DNA from: Cytophagales bacterium
GTDB taxonomy: Bacteria; Bacteroidota; Bacteroidia; Cytophagales; UBA9547
Direction of reading: 5' to 3'
DNA: 64,000 nucleotides
Assembly: GCA_033765235.1 (NCBI GenBank)
Contig: JANRIG010000022.1
Location: 133,863 to 197,862, forward strand
Under the pieces are notes generated by a model. That model saw only the letters and a program-made list of their open reading frames with translations. It was not told where the DNA came from and made no database searches. This document shows positions 51,701-56,226 of this stretch, piece after piece. Both the position numbers and the translations under genes were made by a program. Every line of letters starts with the position of its first letter. Positions within the stretch are counted from its first letter, which is position 1.

Positions 51701-53363
51701 ATTTGCAGGCATACAAATAGAGAGTACCTCGTCACTCACCATTAATACTACTGTAAACATATCAGGTAGTGTGATGAATACGGGCAATGTAGTGATAAAC
51801 GAGGAAGTGAAGTTTGCTTCTGTATCTGCACAAACTATAGGAGGCACGGGAGATATAACATTGAGTGATGTCAAAAATATGAATACAAGTACTGATGGTG
51901 TAATAGTACAAAGTGCCATAGAAATACAAGGGAATATTGAAAACAACGGCAAATTAGATTTTGCCAATACACTTACACTCACAGGTGCCTCACAAACTGT
52001 GAGTGGGACAGCCGAAATATCAGTGAATAATGTAGCAATAGCCAATACTGGAAGTGTAACCTTGCGCACCAATACACGAGTGAGGGGTAATTTTGTAAAC
52101 AACTCACAGGTAGGAGGCTTACAAGCATTGCCCGGCGCAGTGGTGAGTATGGAAGGCACAAGCACCCAAACCATAGGTGGCAGCACACCTACCACTTTTG
52201 GCGGACTTAATATAAGCAATGCTGCAGGGGTGGAAGTGTCGCACTCATTGGTCACACACAATCTTACCATGGCAGGTGGTGTGGTAGATTTGCCTGCTTC
52301 TGAAAAAGTGACGGTTACCAACCCTGCCGCCAATGCTGTAGTGGCTAATGATGGCAGCTTTGTAAATGGCACTATGACCCGTAGCGTAGAAAATAATGCA
52401 GGAAGCTATACATTCCCTGTGGGCACCAATGATGTGCAGACTATAGCCAAAATTGACATAAATACAACCTTGGCAGGGGTGAGCAATATCCAAGTTTCGT
52501 CAAAAGATACACTTCGTACTAATGCACTGTCTGCTGCTACACCTATAGTGGACAATGGCACAAGACTTGAGACCACATTGCCTGCTACTTGGAAAATAGA
52601 ACCTAATGTGCAACCTGCCACAGGCACCTATAATGTGACCCTGGAAATACCTGTAAACTCTGTGCCGGGTGCTGATACCTCGGGATTGGCAGTAGTGAAA
52701 AGACCAACTCCCGCAGCTGCATTTGTAACACAAGGTACCAAAGCGCCTACCACCACCAGAGGCAACTTTGTGCAAGTAAAACGAAACAATATAAGTTCAT
52801 TCTCTGAGTTTGCCATAGCAGGGGAGTGTGCCAGGTTGGTGGCATCTACACCCAAGCCTGTTATAACCAAAGTAAATAATGATACTCAGCTCGATGCAGG
52901 AGTGGCCTCCAAAGGGTATGACTGGAAATATAATGGCACCTCGCAAAGCAGCTATGCCACACAAGTGATAACACCCACAGCTTCAGGAGACTATAGTGTG
53001 AGAGTATTGGCCAATGGTTGTTTCTCATTGCCATCAGATCCTGTGAGCTTCACGGTAGCTACCGTACCCGGTCCACTCCCTACTGTGGATGGGCTCAATT
53101 TGTCAAAATCGTTTGACATACATCTGTATCCAAATCCTGCCAAAAAATATGTAGTGTTAGAATTAATAAATGCAAAAGATGGTAAATATGTAGTAAGTTT
53201 TCACAATATCATAGGCAATGAAGTAATGATAAAAACTATATCAGCGGATGGCGATGCGCATAAGTACGAGACCTTTGGCATAAGCGAGCTGAAACCGGGT
53301 ATATATTTTGTAAAAGTGACTTATGGCAGCCAAGTAAAGGTACACAGGCTTGTGGTAGATTAA
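30750..53363 (+). CDS. Giant (7537 aa) secreted multi-repeat surface protein: signal peptide, LamG, IPT/TIG domains, six FG-GAP/VCBS beta-propellers, second LamG, ~24 tandem IPT, beta-helix-like repeats, T9SS type-A CTD
   Basis: Uninterrupted 22,614-nt ORF. Signal peptide MKSKISLLIFSTLLLTYSLTAQ. 42 DxDGDGKxD blade motifs. Many P.ITs..P..G..G..VTI.G.NF IPT starts. C-terminal HLYPNPAKKYVVLEL...GIYFVKVTYGSQVKVHRLVVD. Confidence 0.9.
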   Translation: MKSKISLLIFSTLLLTYSLTAQIPTTNLQLWLRADAGLTTTAGNAINSGWTDQSPNGLVLSRSGNPILMGNAINGRPAVRFINGQSFTTNNAAVTSLPNITYFVVCKFGMASTEVFNKSNQYGLYAQSNNSARFFTNSIYNNELQYNVSSVVGVYNIYRGRYDLSQITGAANTTVSSPVNLSSAIPTGSTLYVGGGWNFWFDNGELAELIIYNTALNASDIDAVYAYLSAKYNIGFSPNAPSITNFGTKEATFEPLFLGTKVAASGFGSTGDVVTVIGNNFSSVTGVTLNNLAMTSYTVNSNNMLSFSLPDGLANVGKDFTGRIRLINSFGTGMSAQDLQVIYTNFTPSSTFNAVSGGKFSIAGTDVYQISAVSVGGVSASFAFESASNIIKVNISTTLGLGNKTIHVSQNTYLGNFVYDLGFPVNVVSTIPSPFIANINPTHGDIGSTLIINGVNFGVGGHDNVVQFGSVRVLPFYGNITSAHIFVPTGISHSPINLVNLNSGLSTKYYKPFITTFAGGANISSGTFAPPVFPSASYTSYQVKFADLNNDGKPEVITPYYNSSYITINVNAANNTITAANFSSTFTVNCGNNPYDMEIADIDNDGRLDIILANYSSSFITILKNNYISGTLQASNFSTINVASANNFYGIAVGDIDMDGKQDLVGARATDNNIYVYKNNFTIGTTITASSFGSAVIFGIGAGTTPYDVDLTDLNNDGKPELVSANNNQASLSIFENIATLGVINSSSFSTPFTAPLASGSVSVNAADFDGDGKTDLVATNYSSASVSVIRNKHISGALAAAQFNTRVDFAAGTTPYKLAVGDLNGDGKVDIAVSNFGSNTISLFANNAVPGTITSASFASKIDYSVPNSPTAAAIADLDGDGKPDVACATYYGFNIAIFRNLITPPPVITSFAPASGLPLSNVTIFGSNFSNVAQIALGTTLGSNILANEANYIVAKIPAFSSTNFITLTNGSGSSATSTSVFSITGATPLPVITSVSPINTTLGGTVIIQGSGFEVVPELNLVWFGATRMPVLSSSATQMVVSVIGGGSVSVINYQNGFGLNTQWKLPFAYTFANGNFVPSSFTNNATFATSSQPYNILAADFDGDGKPDIMATAYNASTNQISIAKNNAINNTITGSTFAAPFVLQGYTWYCFQSSVGDLDGDGKLDIVIPNTNTNYFTIYKNISSPGTLTASSFGSRIDINVTAGYSSYGSAIADIDNDGNNDVIFTSNNSNRIFIYRNLGTGNINNTLQYSADFATGTNPSTVKITDVDGDGKKDIVIGYTSSAYVSVYRNVSTSGTITSASFAPRVDLPTANACYSIAIADINSDGKPEILAANYTGNFIHLFQNNNMPGTVTSAMFARVDLPTNAGSNPYDINAGDLDGDGKPEIIMGGTGNTLIAVYKNNYLSGNILAANFTKSDIPNLTSAYGIEVADLDLDGKLEILAANGANNVKIYKNQIGNGLVPTITGFSPASGTALVTWVTVTGFGFTSISGVAIASVPSPQYTVINANTLIFKVPNATITGKISIANQFGTLGISATDFTVTGLAPLPVITSFTPSKGYAAMEVSILGSGFDNIALNNVVHFGGAKATITGASANLLQALAPWGATFDKIRVTNLLTNFSGESTMPFVTTFAGPRTITSATFAPKVDLPSASNVYATYIADIDGDGKNDLLAANYNLNTFSIFRNTGTGINFSNQFAPKVDFTTGSTAYKITVADLDGDGKNDIIVPNYSSNTISVFRNLSNPGSIFLSNKVDFSVGSNPVAVEAADIDSDGLLDLVIANYNVNYFTIYKNTGITGTITSTSFGARQDIVNDYYAYAIAIGDLDRDGKPDIATTTQNTNIISIYRNLSTQGAITLAPRLPLTSQFYPWDLKFADLDYDNILDMVASNPTYGTVSVFRNTGLVGTITSASFAARVDFNTLASNNYLALADIDGDGRVDISNSGFQSPNYFISVLRNVSTGAGINTGSFATNIPYIVGTQNPYIYALGDLNNDSKPDLAVPQYGGATISLLKNLSSSEPTVTGFNPSSGQAGIIFITITGAGFATASHIRINTTSGSNINIINDNFIIARLPINATTGAVAVLNGFGLAGTVAGIFTVTAPFPYPSISGIVPAKGEKNATVTVIGANFGSNIGFNNLWFGASQATITGANANEIVANVPNAATYDRPTLLNTETSLFTYYNTPYITTFAGSNSILGASFASETGILGGISNPYFSVVKDLDGDGKPEVVTANYGSNTITISRNVTINNTITSSSFVNSNITNPFSNPIGLAVGDIDNDGKPDIIVTNSNNSSISIYKNNFNSGTISSANFSSAITLPVENDPRCIAIGDLDKDGYNDLVVGNFFSNSLSIFKNRGQQGNISINSFEPAFNINITNRPNSVAIGDLDADTKPDIVVGMQTGLIVIIKNNSQQGTLNSSSFEAPINQATTYTTFNIAIGDINDDGKPEIIGGSTSAFATILQNTTINNTITGTSFSNIVYLNTSGSTYNCIALGDFNGDGKVDIAGTAYSGTNRMYVFQNNLTTSTITAAAFGPRVDYAISSNPIGINVSDLDGDAKPDVIVTSYNNNRLSIYKNLIVAPPTITGMTPLTGTAGITVVSVSGGGFANVNVVGLGNSAGASFTILGNNNMLVKVPPTATIGALTVNTNLGGLAYSNEIFTVTGAFPYPSITGVSPLFASSGETISVFGTNFDATLSNNRLYFGAVKAMPNFASPNLLTALLPPGATHDNVRYMNDATMLQSASARMVSPTFTGMNTITGATYAAAVNHANFTSGNYKVLLGDVDGDGKVDAVTNTYTNNNISIFRNISSAGTWTGTSLATRIDISIAGAYYMWEMELEDIDMDGKLDIIFVDGNGARIGILKNNSSPGSLSAASFSAPVFYTGTPNPYALEVADFDNDGLVDIAAMNGGGITGLYIYKNLGITGTITSASFAPAITIPTSYSYAYELQAADFDYDGRLDMVAANYGNNGFTIFKNIAQAGVISFVGYTYNTGYQAISCRVGDIDKDGRADIALSNNTSTLAQVYKNNSLGGTLSGSSFSLGGTFTAGSGGYGVELFDLDGDSWLDMVIANYSSNNISIFRNNRVAGTINGTSFSPKVDYATSSGPSYPRAADMDLDGKPDIIIPYIGAAQLTVFRNALVEIPTVTGFTPTSGTPLSIISITGASLGTVNNVYIGGAVTNIITSLGANALLARVPVNAATGLVVVSNTQGSTSTAPGIFTVIPIQYPTITGIAPLAETAGNIIQIFGNNFSTLSGSNILGIGAVNATVTGATATQLTATIPMSADYKAITLLNNESGFRASYTIPLRLIFPSSGTILGSSMAPKVDYIGLSQPYYTTQKDLNGDGKPEILTANYGSNYVTIFNNQSINGTITGSSFSSFNILPGFNNPLFMAAEDLDNDSKPDLAVVDYFGNRIAIYKNIHTGGALSAASFSGPIYFATASRPYTLAIADFDYDGFNDIAVANNTGFNVSVFKNNITPGVINASTFAPKVDFTVATAPIEITAADIDNDGRIDIVTSNDGTPAVSILKNITNRGIINSGSFATHVSPATAYGGYGLGIGDLNNDGKLEIVAASSSSSFVMVFQNNTSGNTITGTSFVITNIAAPIYGYRSVKIADLDGDGKNEMVVPTTNPLVSVYRNITTGLGINTGSFSPAVTYTTGNYPWGLSLGDLDGDGKPEIVTANYSSNSISILKNLQSNSNLPTINNFVPASARRGKSFTITGTNFIGVSTVQLGGVSVPYTVLNVNNIVATLPGTAITGSVYISAFGGNVTSASNFVVDLTPAPSITGINPTSVLQGGVVTITGTELEFLLNPITISGITINNYQYNPSLGRIIATVPGYAVSGDIRLATSFGGISAIGSSSYLNVTPMLKPSFGYTIPAPIWDNGSGVTYNASGTVVTRTLPGADFGANIRTINMPKSNGISISLKQGISTNILNFGIAEMGNFGAPDYQAVIDGSNVMAVRLAVVLANNITSVSPDDLFTVRLSPSGIASILKNGVTVYTFATSAAAASYSATLGIYQQGDSFHSITVNNEVEFSQNSAFPGTVVSVFGNNFVSVSGVAVSGVNSTFNVQSSTLLLITVPSVITGKVTVTNYSGSTQSATNLQVLTPTSPNFGQMLVMDGADNQIAVPHDIAINFTNGFTIEAMVKFNQITRTTDGYDWQAIFTKSAYSQAYGLMLQTEGSKLLRFYLNGCTPSTVTYDWSSNLLPNIWYHVAVSYDGVRAKIYIDGVEVLNTPVSGNVSTNTNSLIFGASPGNGPYPLDGNIDEVRVWNFARSISGINANRCDEIFGNEPGLVAYYRFNEINTSVTALDHSPSRLLGNLNNFTLPSQRVASTALCYAPATITAFNPTSGNAGSTYINITGTGFTAVTQVAINNVNLPYTVLGVNNIVAFIPISVTSGFVVVRNNVFNTTSTGIFTVIPQYPVISNISPSSQREGRGVTLAGLNFAGVTQVKAGGNVNAPFAIFNTTLLGFTVPGGALTGPVTVTNFSGIGESSTFTVLPTPAPSVTGVSPAYAVIGNQIIATVQEIEFLQGPITFGGITIGVFTNTGSALIFNVPFGANSGDIRIKTLYGGISQTSAGTYLTVLPPPIISDFGNIIAAMGKSASGGCGSAGDIITILGNNFAPGLTDVYINNFNSINPTVTSSNLIYARVPDLVGSPGQNITGKIKVQTPAGQIQSVPNLTGIFCASSPTTTIGLAIGAGFEIEGNDLLNINGVTVAGANATFNYLSGSLNVVVPNGANTGNISVTLRQSSYYFTFPFSFYIYPRPTISGIMPLPAAEGSTISIVGSALDSVTGVAFVGATQTIVSNINTNLVTLSVPDGVQNGFITLYAGGGSALSPVQFLVAPTITGLTPVANGVGKPVYITGKSLNGITQILFNGTNGSIVSKTNTNITVNVPSGATTGNLWAIAPMYTSPGIFFTVLPQPMITNIAPGSGPAGTIISVIGENFTMAGTNQVTFNGGSTVNATLSGTNVLLVEVPATALTGYISVNNNGGSATSAIQFAVSPSLTGLFTPSIAGAGAIVTIFGKNLSNPNLVRFNGFISTNFSSISSTAVRAAVPVLAGSGAVLVDVTTDGGQSNGVVYTILGAPTIASATPGSGIAGTVVTLTGTNYLTNNIVYVNNAFAPSTFVSSTKVLVTVPGNVSVGIGNIQLQNQGNVNLPDPANYTNSPGSFSAIPHIGTITGGSPLFTILTQARQGDAIRLTGTNYLSGAQVFFNGLVANAYSVSSNQLYVVVPTGAASGNVTVRTSGGTSSPVTFNIIPPPSITSFNPTSGVAGTWVTITGVEFNAVTNVTFGSVSSVGYTVVNSNTLVASVPGTTGKGKISISAAGGVAQSSLDFVPTPVITSINYTEAPINSYINIAGTNLHNATDVKINGVEVVTYSNFGTSVSILVPNNATSGYITLTSEGGNAISPYTFTVSTITSINPTSGIAGSLVTVSGIGLSSVTSYNFDGATSFNIVQNMGNMLIVSVPGTAEVGSIRLNFPNSGQTSSSQIFNPSPVITSISPYTHGTSQFINLTGTNLREVIHAEFNGVPSSNLGSASGSNRNNVQVPANALSGIISVTVSGGGTASSPLSFTVISISGVFPAVTLGGSEITITGANLDSPTAVTIGGTTVAGINAGSTSSMLITTVPSSISSAQIIVYKGGGYNDSYSINLPNATITSVNPTVAGYGSILTINGFHFTNARNVWLYNASHSPFSNALNYQVINSNLILATVTSNAVTGNVRVQAQNNNITTGGQLIVLPPTLNPLPHPEVLPAGQSVVLNGNNLTSPATLSVGGAAVTISSYGENSITFTMPTTTGSNMVTVQNAAGLSSVTFSLFSITSLSTTAGVAGSIVSISGTSMSSISGVRFNGVSATYAIISDNQIIAYVPDNAGNGLVSVQAGSYSINASPIFNPIPVITGYYVYNGLDASTAISGSRVSLTGTNLNNVNSVILGGGSSAYVSFIGCTGLCCTGNASTSIFPLCAPSNAQSGTILASNGLYTASFGGFNFVGPPVSISGVVSQPGATVTIFGAMLNTVTAVSFGGVPADFFTQFGNTIVANISFNSTISGSVSVLTRGGNVTSAYTAPPIITSFNKIQGAIGIDVRVNGLNLSGISQVVFNGITASGTNFGSYITVNVPAGATTGYVNISNAAGTAISPDVFSVIPMPSIVGFNPSQGGEGTLVLIDGFNLENINAVSFANGSQSASITGVSATQISVIAPNNVNTGKIVISNTFYYPGTIQSSADFVAAPEISSVINISNNNAPYIGKAGEIIRINGINYTNPSYVSFNGVMANTAYNSNSQLTATVPSGATSGIISITTSGGNVSSTANFDIVDMVNVQVSAPNSCAGANYQVLYTVTGLFPSDNIFYVDIMNGGSVVSSNVASRNSNTSSIIYSILPGSLIGTYQVRVRSASISTGYQLISANSNSFGITNVNGWLGGDTGGADNWNIAANWGCNMQPTSGSYVVIPSVAPSGVMPVIYGSASAGSIFVNGGGSVNLTTSGLLTLHGGLTLPGTYGLVCAPNSFVFVNAIATFWTSINHVEVGNLNINNGNFIKLESPLKVKGSLVNNSTNQNGTNAKGLNTNGFAVTVEGTAFQAVGTPNATTTFDELYLNNNVTGAGVALAGAVQVKCKFVNMGIFYANGFLTEFINSPCTPIVQGTSNTEFHDIAISNTVTAVSIQSKVKVRGNFVNQSSARGVVMTPTAGIEFSGNAVAQTIEANGQTLQYNDLVVNNPMGVSLTTTFGNNLIVSGNFVNNGVFTDPSNTLSFTGSNTSISGTGIFNLNNIELTSAAGISVVAPVNVKGNIKVRGNFKATGQTLTMNATGSQTIESVNNIVVSLAGLNIAATSTVTSTAPLAVSGHLQTDGNTVLTVVDFVGTSPQIISGAGNITIGGLNNNGMTTLGIATSIEVTGNVINNAPLEAQAGTAITFAGTNQTIGGAVEPVLNNVSIAPASTVTLTRSIRTRGNFNPTGTFVPNNQTVTFAASGSQNVESTHVVSFAGIQIESTSSLTINTTVNISGSVMNTGNVVINEEVKFASVSAQTIGGTGDITLSDVKNMNTSTDGVIVQSAIEIQGNIENNGKLDFANTLTLTGASQTVSGTAEISVNNVAIANTGSVTLRTNTRVRGNFVNNSQVGGLQALPGAVVSMEGTSTQTIGGSTPTTFGGLNISNAAGVEVSHSLVTHNLTMAGGVVDLPASEKVTVTNPAANAVVANDGSFVNGTMTRSVENNAGSYTFPVGTNDVQTIAKIDINTTLAGVSNIQVSSKDTLRTNALSAATPIVDNGTRLETTLPATWKIEPNVQPATGTYNVTLEIPVNSVPGADTSGLAVVKRPTPAAAFVTQGTKAPTTTRGNFVQVKRNNISSFSEFAIAGECARLVASTPKPVITKVNNDTQLDAGVASKGYDWKYNGTSQSSYATQVITPTASGDYSVRVLANGCFSLPSDPVSFTVATVPGPLPTVDGLNLSKSFDIHLYPNPAKKYVVLELINAKDGKYVVSFHNIIGNEVMIKTISADGDAHKYETFGISELKPGIYFVKVTYGSQVKVHRLVVD
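32040..41850 (+). repeat. Six tandem coding super-repeats (~1.67-1.69 kb each, units 2-6): IPT-IPT-seven FG-GAP blades
   Basis: Unit boundaries, read from the recurring P(T/P)(I/V)TGF.P.SG motif, fall at about 33465, 35150, 36815, 38495, 40175 and 41850. I counted seven D.(D/N)xDGxxD blades in every unit. Confidence 0.75.
43760..49710 (+). repeat. Array of ~24 tandem IPT/TIG-like Ig-fold domains (coding)
   Basis: Hand count of 24 consecutive ~80-90 aa units, each starting P.(I/V)(T/S)...P..G..G..(V/I).(I/L).G.N(F/L). Confidence 0.65.
53115..53360 (+). other. T9SS type-A C-terminal sorting domain of the giant protein
   Basis: The YPNP start, G.Y..(K/L)V motif near the end, and ~80 aa length match the TIGR04183-type pattern as I recall it. 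Confidence 0.75.
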
Positions 53364-53421
53364 TGCTTATATAAGTTAGGTAAGATTAGGATAAAAAGCC
53401 ATGGCTTGAAAGCATTGAGAA

Positions 53422-54204
53422 CTATTTTATATCTTTAGTAGTATGCCTAAGCAACATATAATATAGGTATACATACTTTACAAACCGCGAATATGAGCTG
53501 CCCAAGGCAATAATGAGGCCTTTGATACCGTCTAAAAAACCTAATTTTAAAAAATAATATTTGATAAAGGCAGCAGTGGGGCTGGCAAGCATCATGAATA
53601 CATTGAACCTTTTTTTGCGTTGGATAAGAGCTTTGGCACCATCGAGCCCATATTTATTAAGTTTATCAAAATATTGAAATACATTTTGATAGCTGTAGTG
53701 AATAATATCAGCTTTGAGAGTACCTAACTTGCCTTGCGGACACTCCACATGCTCGTGCAGAGCCATGTTGTTAAAATCTACATAATTTTTGTTGAACAGC
53801 CTAGTGACATATCCCGGATACCAATCGCTATAGCGCACCCACTCACCCATAAAGTAAGTTTTGCGTGGCATTTGGTATGCAAACATTTTGGTTTCGGAAA
53901 GTGGCAAAGCCATGATTTCTTTTTTGAGCTCAAAGGGTATCTCTTCATCAGCATCTACCCATAGTATCCAATCATTTGAAGTTTGCGACAGTGCATATTT
54001 TTTGCTGCCCGCAAATCCCATCCACTCTATATTAAAAATTTTTATTTTATGATATTTTTGTGCAATTTGCAATGTTTCGTCTGTGCTACCGGTGTCTACT
54101 AATATTATTTCATCTGCCCAAGATATAGATTCTAAGCATTTTGCAATGTTTTTTTCTTCATTTAAGGTAATGATTATTACAGATATTTTTTGTCGGTCGT
54201 ACAT
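53422..54204 (-). CDS. Family 2 glycosyltransferase
   Basis: ISVIIITLNEEKNIAKCLESISWADEIILVDTGSTDET and a DADE (DxD-type) motif. Confidence 0.85.
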   Translation of the reverse strand: MYDRQKISVIIITLNEEKNIAKCLESISWADEIILVDTGSTDETLQIAQKYHKIKIFNIEWMGFAGSKKYALSQTSNDWILWVDADEEIPFELKKEIMALPLSETKMFAYQMPRKTYFMGEWVRYSDWYPGYVTRLFNKNYVDFNNMALHEHVECPQGKLGTLKADIIHYSYQNVFQYFDKLNKYGLDGAKALIQRKKRFNVFMMLASPTAAFIKYYFLKLGFLDGIKGLIIALGSSYSRFVKYVYLYYMLLRHTTKDIK

Positions 54205-54216
54205 TTAGCAAATAAT

Positions 54217-56169
54217 ATGAAAATAAAAGCAGCAAATAAATTAAACATTATCATTTATACGTTACTTTTTTATGTTTGTGTTACATATAATACATGTTTT
54301 TCGCAATCATACACCGAGTATTATGATACACTTTCGTTGCAAATAAAAACACAAGGCACAGTATTAGCAGGCAAAAGGTCAGGAAAATGGACATATTATT
54401 ATCAGTCTGGCATTGTGAAGTCTGTGATAGAATATAAAAATGATAGTGTAAACGGTGCATGGAATGATTACTATGAAGATGGTACCCCTAAGTTGCTCAG
54501 CACGTACAAAAATGATATGCTCAACGGAATATGGGAAGAATATTTTCCTGCCGGAATAATAAAATCAACGGCAAATTACGAATCAGGAATGCTAAGTGGC
54601 ACAGCTACAGTGTATTATGAAACAGGCATCATAAAAAGCATTGAAAACTATAAAAACAACTATATACACGGTCCTGTAAAATACTACTATGAAAACGGCA
54701 ACACCAAATCAGAATCTATATTTGACATGGGGTATGAAACCGGGCTAAGAAATGAATACTATTATACAGGCAAATTGATGAGCTCAGGATTGCTAAACCA
54801 TGGCAAGCAGGAAGGTAATTGGAAGTATTATTACGACACAGGTATATTGAGGTCTGAAAAAAACTTTGAAAACGATAAACTAAAGGGTATAAGCAAATTT
54901 TATCACCCCAATGGCAAAATCAGGCAAACAGAAATGCGCGACTCATCAAGGTTGTGGGAAGTATCTGATTATTATAACGAAAAAGGCAAAAAATTGCCCA
55001 AAGGCACATTGACCAAAGGATTTGGCACACGCTACACCTACCATGCAAATGGCTCAAAATCCGGCGAATATATATACAAAGAGGGTCTTATGCACGGGGA
55101 AGCTACCACATATTATGAAACAGGCAAAAAGCAAACAGAAATAAAATATGAACTAGGCAAAATTATAGGCACCAAATATGAATATTACCCAAACGGGTAC
55201 TTTAAATCTATAACCAACTATGCAGATGGATTGGAACAGGGCGAGTATTTTGAGTTTTTTGAGACTGGCCCCATCAGTGTGCAGGGTTATTTCAAGGCTG
55301 GTGCAGAGGATAGTTTGTGGAATGAATATTATGAAAACGGCACCCTTATGTCTGAGGGCTACTATAAAGAAGGATATCAAAATGGAGAGTGGTATGAGTA
55401 CTACAACAACGGTTCCATATCTGCCTACGGCAGCTATAAGACAGGTGTGCAACATGGGCGTTGGATGGAGTTTTACCGCGACACGGTACTATCATCGCTC
55501 GGCTACTATGAAAACGGCAAAAAAAGCGGCTATTGGTACGGATATTATCCTCATGGTGATGTGCACATGCAAGGCGAGTTTAGAGACGGTGCCGAATGGG
55601 GACCTTGGCGATTATATCATGAAAATGGTGCCAACTATATGTCTGGCGACTACTTTTACGGCATGGAGCATGGGATGTGGAGAGAGTATGATACAGACAA
55701 CCACCTCAAAGCATCGGGCCTATATATAAAAGGCCTGGAAGCAGGACCTTGGATAAACTACAATGTAGTGGGTGACACTGTGCAGATAGAATATTGGGAC
55801 AAAGGAAAATTGATGAATATATCCCCGTTTTATCTCGACAAAAAAACAAAACTAAACCCGGGCACCCTAAAAAATGGCAACGGTACTCGCCTCACCTACC
55901 ACACCAACAGAAAAATTGAAGCCTCAGGTACATTCAAAAACGGATACCCACATGGTGTATGGAAATATTACTTTACCACAGGCATACTTTCTGCTCAGGG
56001 CATATTTATACAAGGCAAAAAAGAGGGCAAATGGATATATTACCACGAAAACGGCAAAACAGAATGCATAGCACGATACAAGCAAGACGATACCATAGGC
56101 CAATGGCTATACTATGATGAAGCCGGCAAATTATATGATGTGAAAAACATGGAAGACGAAAATAAATAA
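54217..56169 (+). CDS. MORN-variant / YwqK-type repeat protein (secreted), ~24 repeats
   Basis: Signal-like N-terminus, then reiterated G.W..YY.(N/S)G......Y.(N/D)(G/D)...G units throughout. The ATG at 54217 is preferred over the TTG at 54190. Confidence 0.75.
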   Translation: MKIKAANKLNIIIYTLLFYVCVTYNTCFSQSYTEYYDTLSLQIKTQGTVLAGKRSGKWTYYYQSGIVKSVIEYKNDSVNGAWNDYYEDGTPKLLSTYKNDMLNGIWEEYFPAGIIKSTANYESGMLSGTATVYYETGIIKSIENYKNNYIHGPVKYYYENGNTKSESIFDMGYETGLRNEYYYTGKLMSSGLLNHGKQEGNWKYYYDTGILRSEKNFENDKLKGISKFYHPNGKIRQTEMRDSSRLWEVSDYYNEKGKKLPKGTLTKGFGTRYTYHANGSKSGEYIYKEGLMHGEATTYYETGKKQTEIKYELGKIIGTKYEYYPNGYFKSITNYADGLEQGEYFEFFETGPISVQGYFKAGAEDSLWNEYYENGTLMSEGYYKEGYQNGEWYEYYNNGSISAYGSYKTGVQHGRWMEFYRDTVLSSLGYYENGKKSGYWYGYYPHGDVHMQGEFRDGAEWGPWRLYHENGANYMSGDYFYGMEHGMWREYDTDNHLKASGLYIKGLEAGPWINYNVVGDTVQIEYWDKGKLMNISPFYLDKKTKLNPGTLKNGNGTRLTYHTNRKIEASGTFKNGYPHGVWKYYFTTGILSAQGIFIQGKKEGKWIYYHENGKTECIARYKQDDTIGQWLYYDEAGKLYDVKNMEDENK

Positions 56170-56226
56170 CATCATTGAAAAATCCTCTCATATTATTGAA
56201 TAATACCTTAATTTATATACCTTAAA

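Noticed and set aside
31427-52870. About 45 minus-strand and alternate-frame ORFs (60-227 aa) listed inside the giant gene, for example 35348-35725, 45035-45610, 47216-47737, 48467-48988 and 51689-52372.
   Set aside because: All lie entirely within one long, motif-rich plus-strand ORF. Their products are low-complexity mirror translations of the IPT and FG-GAP repeats (Val/Thr/Pro/Ala-rich) with no motifs. They are antisense shadows.
55153-56071. ORFs 55153-55455 (-), 55220-55729 (+) and 55874-56071 (+).
   Set aside because: Alternate frames of the MORN-repeat gene, whose repeat pattern continues unbroken through this region.
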